From Mobula hypostoma (Eukaryota), in NCBI RefSeq assembly GCF_963921235.1, contig NC_086097.1, positions 66,342,001 to 66,406,000 of the forward strand: DNA of 64,000 nt. Direction: 5' to 3'. Of this stretch, positions 48,131 to 59,504 are shown piece after piece; the stretch's first letter is position 1; each line of letters opens with the position of its first letter. The notes beneath the pieces were generated by a model. That model saw only the letters and a list, made by a program, of their open reading frames with translations. It made no database searches and was not told the origin of the DNA. Position numbers and translations under genes: made by a program.

Positions 48131-48881
48131 AAAAATTATGAACTTTTCTGGAATGTTTTGTGAGTAAGCTGTTCTTAAAGCAAATTATATCAATTTCCTT
48201 ATTGATTTTAGTTAGATACAAAGAGTAAAATGAATTTTGAAAACGTTTGTTAAGAAATTAGACTAAAGGCTATTTAGTTTTTGATGAATTGTATGATGGA
48301 GTCTTGTTTCCAATGGATAATGAAGGTCTCTGCGTTGCCACCCACAGTATTATTAGCTCTTAAGGGAATTGTCTCATTCTTGTGTCCATTGTATGAAAAA
48401 ATAATGCAGCTATACCAAAATGCTGCCGTATGGGACTTCTTTTTGAATCTGTGTTAAGGCAGTTGAAATCTTTGGCAATTATTTATGTCATGGCAAAATT
48501 TGTCCACATATTTCCTCTTACTTTCCTTCTGATTGTTTTGACAATTGCTGCTGTATAAAAGCACAGTGGCAGCCAGTAGGGAAATAATCATAAGAGTCAT
48601 AGAACAATACAGCACAGTTACAGTCTGTTTCGCCCAACAAGTCCATACTACCCATGCTGCCCACCCAACTAATTTCAATTTTTCCCAATAGATCTGCGCA
48701 ATGGATTGCTATTGATAAAAGATCAGTTGCACATGGATGTAATCAAAACCTTTATATTTCTTGAAAACAGTGTTGTAATTGAATGAGCATATAGGATCAA
48801 TGCAGTCAAGGTCATTGTAGACATGATAACCTATTTTCTGCATCAATCCCAGAACACAAAACAACTATTAATCTTGGGGAA

Positions 48882-49292
48882 CAACTTCTCTAACTTCCGC
48901 TAATGCCCCACCTCCCCCTCGTACCCCATCCGTTATTTATATACACATTCTTTCTCTCACTCTCCTTTTTCTCCCTCTGTCCCTCTGACTATACCCCTTG
49001 CCCATCCTCTGGGTCCCCCCACCCCCCTTTTCCTTCTCCCTGGGCCTCCTGTCCCATGATCCTCTCATATCCCTTTTGCCAATCACCTGTCCAGCTCTTG
49101 GCTCCATCCCTCCCCCTCCTGTCTTCTCCTATCATTTTGGATCTCCCCCTCCCCCTCCCACTTTCAAATCTCTTACTAGCTCTTCCTTTAGTTAGTCCTG
49201 ACGAAGGGTCTCGGCCTGAAACATCGACTGTACCTCTTCCTAGAGATGCTGCCTGGTCTGCTGCTTTCACCAGCAACTTTGATGTGTGTTGC
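48882..49292 (+). mobile_element. 5'-truncated Penelope-like element (ORF end, pyrimidine-rich UTR, pLTR)
   Basis: 15-bp TSD attaatcttggggaa (48867..48881, 49293..49307); begins with NFSNFR*. Confidence 0.85.
49193..49230 (+). ncRNA. Minimal type I hammerhead motif, ACGT palindrome mutated to ACAT
   Basis: TAGTC-CTGACGA-AGG(gtctcgg)CCT-GAAACATC-GACTG. Confidence 0.6.
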
Positions 49293-49666
49293 ATTAATCT
49301 TGGGGAAATGTTATTTATTTTAGAAAATGGAGTACAGTATAATTTAACAACATTATGAATGTATGAACTGTAGACTAGTGGTACTAATATTTCCTACTGA
49401 CATCAAGAAAAGGTTGGAAAATGTAAAAGAATGGTGATTCTAATTAGGAAAAATGAACAATATAAATTGATTTTTGACAGGTATGCTTTGAGTGATCTAT
49501 TCACATGATTATCACAATTAATCTTTTTATTAATTGTCAACTGGCCCTGATTTACATTGTATTCAAGGAATAAGATTAATTGATCATCTATGCAAAAGCA
49601 AAATGGGCTGAATAGGTTCCTGCTATGAACGTAATATGTACTTCTGTGATTATTTTTCTATTTTAG

Positions 49667-49836
49667 GAATTATCGTGGACAAGCCTATGCTAAGCTAGGA
49701 TTGTTCAGAGAAGCAGTTTTGGACATGTCTGTTGCTATTCATTTGAAACCTAACAACTGGGTGGCTTTCTATCACAGAGCCTGCCTATTACGAAAGGTTC
49801 ATCCACATAAAGCTCTACAGGACTTCAGTATTTCAG
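49667..49836 (+). CDS. TTC6: TTC6-like exon J (phase 2 to 1), TPR
   Basis: tttttctattttag|G AAT...TCAG|gtagag; NYRGQAYAKLGLFREAVLDMSVAIHLKPNNWVAFYHRACLLRKVHPHKALQDFSIS. Confidence 0.9.
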
Positions 49837-50519
49837 GTAGAGTGTATATTAAGTATACAATGTAGTTAGTGGTTATACGAGTATTATGAAAAGTTGATTT
49901 GTCTACTGCAGATAAGTTACTTAGAAATTGTAAACAGCCTAATAATGATGACCATGAAAACTACAGATTTTTGTTAAAAAGAAACCCTTCAGTTGAAGCA
50001 GTCTATGATCATTATTTGACTGTTGGCCCATTCCATTGAGTTTTAAAGTAATCCAACAAGCTATTTAATTGTACTGTTATAGCTGTGTTCAAACAGCGAA
50101 AGAATAAAGCTGGACAAACTACCTGGTAAGGAGTTCTCAGTTCAGTCAAAGTACCTCTCACAAATACAGTATCTAGGGAATGGTTTTCAAATACATAGAA
50201 ATGTTCCATGAGCTTGTCAGGCAACAGTCTGACAAAATTCTACTCTCAGTATTATGTGATACTGGCAGAGTCCCTTGATGAAGTGTAACATGGAGGCAGC
50301 ATTGAAAAGGATGATGAATACAGGACTAAAGGTGTTGTATTTGAATGTACGCAGTGTACAGAATAAGGTAGATGATCTTGTAGTGCGGTTAGAGATTGGA
50401 AAGTATGGCTTTGTGGGCATCACTGAGTAGTGCTGAAAGAAGATCATGGCGCTTAACATCCAAGGATAAACCTTGTATTGAAAAGACAGACAGGTAGGCA
50501 GAGAGAGTGAGATGGCTCA

Positions 50520-51812
50520 AAGTTCAAGAGTTCAAAGTAAATTTATTAAAGTACATATCTGTCACCATATATAAGCCTGAGATTTATTTTCTTGTGGGCA
50601 ATCATAATAAATACCAGGAACACAATAGAATCAATGAAAGACCACACCCAACAACGGACAACAAGCAATGTGCAAAATAAAACCATGGACTGTGCAAATG
50701 CAAAAAGAAAGAGAAAAATACAGGTTGACCACTCATTTTCCAGCACCCTCAGTTCCTGAGCCTTGTTGGATTAATGTTTTTGCCAAATTGAAAGAGGTCA
50801 CATAATAATAATGGCAAAAATGGACTGTAGAAGCTTAAAAAGAATTAATAATTAAATAAAATTAAATGTAAATGTATTACTTATTGTGCTTACAAAGAAT
50901 GTTGCTTCTCGGTTATCTTTTTAAACATTTCATCCAGGTGGAGTTGCTTCATGTGTTTTGAACTCTCCCTGTGTAACTTTTCTTGCATCAAATAAAAATT
51001 CATTAGCTCTTGTTCCATCATGAAGGTATGTTTCTCTAACCCTTTGATGCTTTATATCATACACAGTTGATGAACCAATGTCAGTTTACACACCAAAACA
51101 CCTTAGTCCAGTTTTAAACATTTCAACCTTCTCTTGGATTGATAAGGACTGATGTTTACATTTGACACCACCACTGGTACATTCACTTATCTTAGAAACC
51201 AAACCTAGGGTTAAATTTACATAAAATAAGCAAAAATAAGCACAAAATATTGGGACTACTGCCAAGCACAATGTGAATAATAAAAATAGCGTGCTTTGTC
51301 AAAATGTGTCTCGCCACAGATGGCGCTGCATGTGCTACACACAGTGCCATCTGGTGGCCGCCCAGAAACTACATCTGATAATTTCATCAGAATTAAAAGA
51401 GGCGCCAAACCATCAGTTTCCGGAAAATCAGTGGTTGACTTATATAATAATAATGAATAAATAAGCAATAAATATCAAGAACATGAGATTAAAAAGTTCC
51501 TGAAAGTGAGTACACAGGTTATGGGAGTAATACAGTAATGGGGTGAGAGGAGTGAAGTTATCTCCTCTGATTCAAGAGTCTGATGTCTGAGGGGTGACAA
51601 GTGTTCCTCTCCCTGGTGGTGTGAGTCCTGAGGCTCCTGTACCTTCTTCCAAAAGGCAGCAGCGAGAAGAGAGCATGGCTTAGATGGTGGGGAACCTTGA
51701 TGACAGATGATGCTTTCCTGTGATAGTGCTCCATGAAGATGTGTTAATTGTGGGGAGGGCTTTACCCATGATGGACTAGCCGTATCCACTAATTTTTGTA
51801 GGCTTTTCCAAG
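50520..51812 (-). mobile_element. Rex1/Babar-type LINE 3' end, split by a Tigger-like element
   Basis: Reversed aataaatttactttgaac tail at 50520-50548; reversed MDTASPSWVKPSP...HPSKPCSL region at 51600-51810. Confidence 0.7.
50721..51442 (-). mobile_element. Tigger/pogo-like DNA transposon derivative
   Basis: TA flanks; imperfect TIRs caggttgaccactcattttcc and ggaaaatcagtggttgactta; CENP-B-type HTH start KCKHQSLSIQEKVEM...IGSSTVYDIK on minus strand. Confidence 0.75.
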
Positions 51813-54800
51813 CTACGAATAAAATGTCACTGCACAGAAATGAAGGAAAAAAATGCTACTGTTGTGGGAACAGATCACATGACCCTGACGGTTGTTGGTT
51901 TAAAGATAAGGAATGCCGAAACTGTGGCAAACAGGGCCACACTGGCAGAGTATGCAAAACTGGTAAACAGCAGGGAAAGGGCAAAATACAGAGAAACAAG
52001 AAACCCCAGAAAGGAAAATACAACAATGTGCACAAAATGAAAGAAAGCAATCCTGATGAAAATGACTCAGACAAAAGTGAATTGTCTTGTCTGCCACATC
52101 ACAGCATAGAAGAGACAGATGATCGAAGAGTAATAGGATCACTCCACAAGTGGCAGGCGTGAGACTGAAAATGGAGCTGGACGCAGGCTCAGCCTTAACA
52201 GTGATCTCTGTACACGACTACAAACGACTGTTTTCGGCACATACTTCTGAAACGAACTAAACTACTGCTAAAGACTTACACATGATAGAAAGTGCACCCC
52301 GAAGGCAAAATTAAAGTGACAGTGACCCACAGAGGTAAAACACACCAAATGAACCTCTATGTACTGATAAATGAAGGACCACTGTTGCTGGGACGTGAAT
52401 GGCTCAGGAAAATTCAGTTGGTTTGGCACACCATCAAGGCACTAAATGTGTCAGCAAAGGAGGGCAGCAAGGCTACATTTAAGAGACTGTTGCAAATGCT
52501 TGCTGACTCTGAGGAAGTCTTCATGAAAGGAATAGGAACCCTGGCATGAAAGCAAAGATTGAGATTGAGGAAAATGCATGTCCAAAATTTCACAAAGCCA
52601 TGCCAGTGCCATATGCAATCCGTTCTATAGTAGAGGCAGAGCTGAAAAATCTGGAGGAGACTGGGGTCCTGTCAAAGGTGGATTGGAGTGAATGGGCCAC
52701 GCTTATTGTTCCAGTGATGAAGAAAACCTCCAGCACAAAACCAGCAAAACCAAGCAAGGTGCGCATATGTGGAGACTTTAAAGTGACTGTTAACCCAGTT
52801 CTCCGCACAGTACAGTACCCTCTACCTCGTATTGAGGACATCTTTGCTTCCCTGTCAGGAGGGGATCATTTCACAAAAATTGATTTGACCCAGGCTTACC
52901 TTCAAATAGAAATTGAGGAAGCATCCAAGAAATGCCTGACAATAAATACACACAAAGGACTTTACCAGTACAACAGGATAGTGTTTGGGATAGCATCAGC
53001 GCCTGCAATCTGGCAAAGGGTAATGGACCAGGTTCTGCAGGGGATTCCAGAGACTCAGTGTTACCTGGATGATATCATTGTTGCCAGCAGATGACGACGA
53101 ACATCTTTCTAACCTAAAACAAGTGCTCACCAGGTTACGAGAATATGGGCTCAGAGCTAATCGACAGAAATGTGAGTTTTTTAGAAAGGAAATTCCATAC
53201 TGTGGGCATATGATCAACAAGGATGGCTTACACGTCTCAAGACAAGATAGAAACGGTGCTTAAGGCACCACCACCTGAAAATGTGTCTCAGCTGAGAGCC
53301 TATCTTGGACAAGTGAACCACTACCACAAGTTCTTGCCTAACCTACCACAGTCCTACACCCACTAAATGCATTATTACAGGCAGGGGCACAATGGAAGTG
53401 GACTGAGAGCTGTGAGAAAGTGTTTCAGGAAACTAAAAGACTCATAACTTCAGATGGGGTGCTCGCGCACTTTGACCCCTCCTTACCTATCTGACTAACT
53501 TGTGAAGCCTCGCCCCATGAGACAGGAGCTGTGTTATCGCACAAGTTTCCAGATGGCTCCAAAAGACCAATAGCCTTTGCCTCAAGAACACTAACTTCAG
53601 CTGAATGCAACTATGCACAGATTGACAGAGAGGCTCTAAGCCTTGTGTGGGGAATCAAGAAATTCAGTCACTACCTGTATGGACAAAAGTTTGCTCTGAT
53701 GACTGACCATAAGCCTCTCATGTCAATCTTCAACCCAAGGAAAGGCATTCCAGTGATGACAGCACAAAGGCTACAGCGATGGTCCCTTTTCTTAGGAGGT
53801 CACAGGTATGACATTGAACACAAGGGGACCAAGCAACAGGGCAACGCAGTTGGTTTGTCACGTTTACCATTGCCCACTTCCAAGGTAACTACACAAACGG
53901 ATTCAGCAGAGATCTTTCACACAACAGTAGTTGAACAATTACCAGTAACAAACAGCCTCATTGAAAGGGAAACATGCAATGACCCTACGTTGTCAAAAGT
54001 GTATGACATCACGGTAAAGGGGTGGCCAGCGCGGGGTAACACACTGTTTCCAGCCTTCTCAGCGAGGAAGGAGCAGTTGTCAGTGTGTCGGGGAACACTA
54101 ATGTGTGGTTCATGAGTAGTGGTCCCTCCCAAGCTATGCACCAGAGTGCTGGTGGAACTGCACAAGGGGCTCCTGGGTACTGTGAAGATGAAAGGTCTTG
54201 CCCGTGCCTATGTGTGGTGGCCAGGAATCGATAAACAAATTGAGGATGTGACCAAGAACTGCTCTGGGTGTCAATAGATCCAGAACACACCACCATAAGC
54301 CCCTCTCCAGCCCTGGGAGAGGCCCTCATCACCATGGCAGTGAGTGCACATCGACTTTGCTGGACCATTCATGGACTCTATCTTTTTAATCGCCATTGAT
54401 GCACATTCCAAATAGCTGGAGGTCATCAAAATGAAGACAACCACATCAGAAAAGACCATTACAGTGCTGAGGACCATGTTTGCCAGGAATGGCATACCAG
54501 AGCAAATCTGCACAGATGATGGACAATTTGTCTTGAAGAATTCTAAAGTTTTGTGAAGAACAATGGAATCAAGCACTTTACATCAGCTCCTTACCATCCA
54601 TCCACAAGTGGCTTGGCAGAAAGATTTGTACAGACATTCAAGAAAGCCCTCAAGGCAAGGGACTGCAAAAATCGACCACTACAACACAAGATAGACAACT
54701 TCCTCCTTGCCTATAGTAATGCAGTACGTGCAACCACTAACCAAACTCCAGCGATGACGTTTCTGAACAGGAACCTGAGGTCCCGCATGGATCTTCTCAA

Positions 54801-55609
54801 ACCAAATGTACGGCGTGATGTAGAGAACAGACAGTTCAAACACTTGAATGTTAAGTCAACACGGAACTTCAATGTGGGACACTCAGTTTTTGCACGGGAT
54901 TTCCGGACTGAAAAGTGGCAGCCGGGTATAATTTCCACCATAGACGGGCCACTGATGTATAGAGTATAGGTGGGAGAGAATGTATGGAGACGTCATGCGG
55001 ATCAAATCCTGGATGCTCAGGTGGAAAATACATCAACATCTTGCCCTGACTTCCTGGACATAGAAGCAAACACTCCTGATGTGACCACGTCAGCCTTGCC
55101 CACAGATAAGCCTGTCATCAGTGCTGAGGACCCACCTGATGTACCTGTGGAGACTAATGCCCCAAATCAAATGGTGCAGGGCAGACGTTACCTGGAGAGG
55201 CAGAGAAGGGCCCCCCAGAGACTTCAGTTATAATTATAATAATAATTATTATTATGTTACTTTGTTATTATTTCATATTATTATGTTACTAATTAAACAG
55301 TTGGTGGGTGTTTGTATATTAAGGGTACACATACAGTATTTGTTTAGTGTAGTGCCCCTGTTAACTTAAAAAAAACAGTTGATTCACTTTTAAAATAAAA
55401 GAGGAGGAGTGTACCTTATAGCCTACTGTATAATATGCAACTATTTTATGTCGTAGTAACATGTTATTGAGCATGCGCTGTTAGGCGCGTATTGATCTGT
55501 AATAATGTGTTAAGTTCGGTTTCTGTAAGTAAAAGCCCCTGTTAACTTAGCCCAGTCTCTAGCGTTTTTATTTATAGTTTTGTTGTGTACCCCGGCCACA
55601 TACACAACA
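51813..55609 (+). mobile_element. Gypsy/Ty3 LTR retrotransposon lacking 5' LTR and most of gag; pol disrupted
   Basis: Two CCHC knuckles, protease MELDAGSA, RT (RICGDFK, YPLPRIED, YLDD), RNase H (YAQIDREAL, TDHKPL), integrase (HIDFAGP, SAPYHP..GLAERFVQTFK), purine tract at 55392..55409. Confidence 0.95.
55410..55609 (+). repeat. 3' LTR of the Gypsy element
   Basis: TGT...ACA, 200 bp, directly after the polypurine tract; CR1 resumes immediately after. Confidence 0.8.
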
Positions 55610-58600
55610 GAAGTTATATAGAGGCCCATGAACAATAGCCAGGATATGGGATATAAATTACAATGGGAGATAGTAGAGACATGTAATAAGGGCAATGTTA
55701 CAATAGTGATGGGGGATTTCAGTATGCAGGTAGATTTGGAAAATCAGATTGGTGTTGGATCCCAAGATAGGAAATTTGTGTGAGATGGCTTTTTGGAGCA
55801 GCTTGTGGGTGTTGTGTAATGACCCAGATACGATGCGGGAGCTTAGGGTAAAGGAAATCCTAGAGATAGTGATCACAATATGATAGAATTTACTCTGCAG
55901 TTTTAGAGGGAGAAGCTGAAGTCAGATGTATCAGTATTACAGTGGAGTAAATGGAATTACAGATGCATGAGAGAGGAGCTGGTCAGCATTGATTGAAGGG
56001 TACCCAATGAGGAATGATGGCAGAACAACAATGGCTGGAGTTTCTGGGAGCAATTCAGAAGGCACAAGATAAATACATTCCTGGGATGAAGAAGTATTCT
56101 AAAGGGAGGATGAGACAACCGTGACTGTCACGGGAAGTTGTAGGCAGCATAAAAGCAAAAGAGAAGGCATATAATATAGCAAAAATTATTGGGAAGTTAG
56201 CGATTGGAAGATTTTAAAAACCAACAGAAAGCAACTAAAAAAACCAAAAGGAGATAAAAGATGAACTAAGAAGGTAACTAATATAAAAGAGGATATCAAA
56301 AGTTATTCCAGATATATAAAGAGTAAAAGAGAGGTGAAGGTAAATATTAGACTGCTGGAGAATTATGCTGAAGAGGTAATAATGGGGGACAAAGAAGTGG
56401 CAGATAAATTTAATAAGTATTTTGTGTCAGACTTCACTGTGGAAGACACGAGTAGTATGCCAGAAACTCGAGAATGTCCAGGGGAAGAAGTGGGTGTAGT
56501 TGCAATTACTAAGGAGAAGGTGCTTGAGAAGCTGAAAGGTCCGAAGATAGATAAGTCACCTGGAACAGATGGACTACACCCTAGAGTTCTGAAAGAGGTA
56601 TCTGAAAAGATTGTGGAGGCATTAATAATGATCGTTCAAGAATCACTAGGTTCTGGAATGATTCTGAGGACTGGAAAATTGCAAACATCGCTTCACTCTT
56701 TAAGAAGGGAGCAAGGCAGAAGAAAGAAAATTACAGGCCAATTAGCCTGACTTCAGTGGTTAGGAAAGTGTTGGATTCCATAATTACGGATGAGGGTACT
56801 TGGATGTATATGATAAAGTAGGCCAAAGTCAGCATGGCTTCCCTAAGGGGAAATCTTGCCTGACAAATCTGTTGGAAATCTTTCAAGAAATAACAGGCAG
56901 AATAGACAAAGGAGGGTCAGTGGATGTTGTTTACTTGGATTTTCAGAAGGCCTTTTGCCAAGGTGCCACACATGAGACTCCTTAACAAACAGTCAATGGA
57001 ATTGCAGGCAAGATACTAGCATGGATAGAAGATTAACTGATTGGCAGGAATCAGCGGGAAAAGAACCTTTTCTGGTTGGCTGTCGGTGACTAGTGATATT
57101 CCATAGGGTCGGGCTGAGACCTCTTCTTTTCACATCATATGTCAATGATTTGGATGACAGAACTGATAGCTCTGTGGCCAAGTTTATGGACAATATGAAG
57201 ATAGGTGGAGGATCAGGTAGTGTTCAGGAGCAGGGATCTTCAGAAGGACTTAGACAGATTTGGAGAATGGGCAAAGAAGTGGCAGATGAAATATAGTGCA
57301 GGGAAATGTATGGTCATGCACTTTGGTAGAAGGAATAAAAGCATTGGCTATTTTCTAAATAGGGAGAAAATTCAAAAGTCAGGGGAATCCTTGTGCAGGA
57401 CTCCTGAAGGTTATCTTGTACCTTGAGTCAGTGGTAAGGAAGACAAATGCAATGTTAGCATTCATTTTGAGAGTATGTGATGCTGAAGGTTTATAAGTCA
57501 TCGGTCAGACCACACTAGGAGTATTGTGAGCTGTTTAGGGTCCCATATATAAGAAAAGATGTGCTGACATTGGAGAAGGTCCAGAGGAGATTCACCAGAC
57601 TGATTTTGGGAATGAAAGGGTTAATGTCTGAAGAGCATTTGATAGCTTTAGCCCGTACCAGTGATTTAAAAGAATGTGGAGTGGGGGGGAACCTCATTGA
57701 AACCTGTCTTATATTGAAAAGCCTAGATAGAGTGGATGTGGAGAGGATGTTTCTTATAGTGGGTGAGTGTATGACCAGTGGATGCAGACTCAATAGAAGA
57801 CAACGTCCATTTAGAACATAGATGTGAAGGCATTTGTTTTGGCATAGTGTGGTGAATCTGTGGAACTGAATATCATGGGTGGCTGTGGAGGCCAGGTGTT
57901 TCAGTATATTTAAAGTGGAGGTTGTTAGGTTCTTCATTAGTCAGGGTGTTAAAGATTATGGAGAGATGGCAGGAGAATTAGGTTGAGATGGAATTGCAGA
58001 GCAGACTCTATGGGCTGAATGGCCTAATTCTGCTCCTACATCTTATGGTTTATTAGAATTCTTGGATTTGTCTTGTCCTATTTGTAGAATAGACCCACCA
58101 GAGGTTGGAGCACCATGAAATATAACTCATTATGGGCTCTGAACCCCATAAGTTTCACGGTAGTAGGTCTAGTATCATGTGGATCATGGGTAATATTAGG
58201 GTTAATATTGCCAAAGTGGAGTAATCAAGAAATTGTTACGAAGGAATCGATGACAGAGTCACACAATTGATTAGTGGGATGATGGGGGTTAGATATCTGG
58301 GAGTTGCTGACTGGGTTCTTAATGTAAAATTCAACAAATTTTATGTCATACTGTCTTTATCAGTGAGAAATAGGACTGGTCAAGAAAAGAATATGAGCCT
58401 GTGGAGATGAGTAATATGGGGGCCTGAGGAAAGCTAGCTAAGTATTTACTTTCAGAGGATGCTACCTGAGGTGCAATCCTAGTGCTATCTTGAACCCAGT
58501 TGTGGATGAAAATTTAAAAAATGGAGATCCTGAAAATTGGAAAAAAAAACAAGATCTAGAAACGCTTTGTGGATCAGCCAAAATCTGTGGAAAGGAAAAC

Positions 58601-58996
58601 AAAGTTGAAGCATTTTGGGTCCATCGTTTTCTATCATTAATCTGGTTGTGAATACAGTACCTGCTTCTGCTTGAATGACCTGTAGATGGCACTGACCAGG
58701 GATATGCTATGAAAATTACAGATGCAGCATCTGGACATGTTTTACTTACCTTTTGGATGTTACTTCTCACGTCCCGAGCCTTCTGTGCTTTAGTGCATTT
58801 AACGCTTGGAGGATTTGCAACAAAAATGACAGACCATGCAACTCACATAAAGTCCATGATTTTCAATAGTTTTATTTTTTTTAAATTAGATCACATAGTA
58901 CAAACAGGTACTACACACTCCAGTATTTAAATTGATACGCTATACTTTTTGTATGCTTGTTAAACAGATTTAGGAGTTTATGTGCTTCCTTTACAG

Positions 58997-59117
58997 TGCT
59001 TATCAATAATGATGTTGAGAATTTGAATTCATTTTTACATCGTGGAATTTTGTACACTGAGCTTAGTCAGTGGAAAGCAGCAATATGGGACTTCAAATAT
59101 GCACTCAAGCTTGACAG
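58997..59117 (+). CDS. TTC6: TTC6-like exon K (phase 1 to 2), TPR; gene continues beyond window
   Basis: cttcctttacag|TG...GACAG|gtacct; VLINNDVENLNSFLHRGILYTELSQWKAAIWDFKYALKLDR. Confidence 0.9.
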
Positions 59118-59504
59118 GTACCTGCTTAAATCTGCTTTCACTTAGATTGTAAAAACTTATTGATGGGAAAGTCATGTGATGTATTGTTTTGCAGAAAGAT
59201 AACATTGTGACCGCTGGAATTTTCAGTCTGATGGACTGAAGACTCAATATGTCAATAGTTTTTGAGAGAAACAACCTATAGAAACAGAAAATCTAAAAAG
59301 AACAGAAATTGTTGAAAGAACTGAACAAGTCAAGCAGCCTCCATGGGGAAGGAAACAGACCCGATATTATGGATTAAGGGCACTTCTTCAAAATGGGAAA
59401 AGTAGAAAACAAATGTTTTAAGAAGCAGAGTGCAGGAGGGATAGAAAGAATGGAAGGAATATCTGCAGCTGCATTATTTATTGGGTGGAGGAAATTAATC
59501 CTTA

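Larger units (their letters stand above)
50320..58053 (+). mobile_element. CR1-type LINE ORF2 in two pieces (50320..50518 and 55610..58053)
   Basis: LKVLYLNVRSVQNKVD...VGITE at 50325-50427; VIYRP, MGDF, KSPGTDG, LDFQKAF and 3' tail after 55610. Confidence 0.88.
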
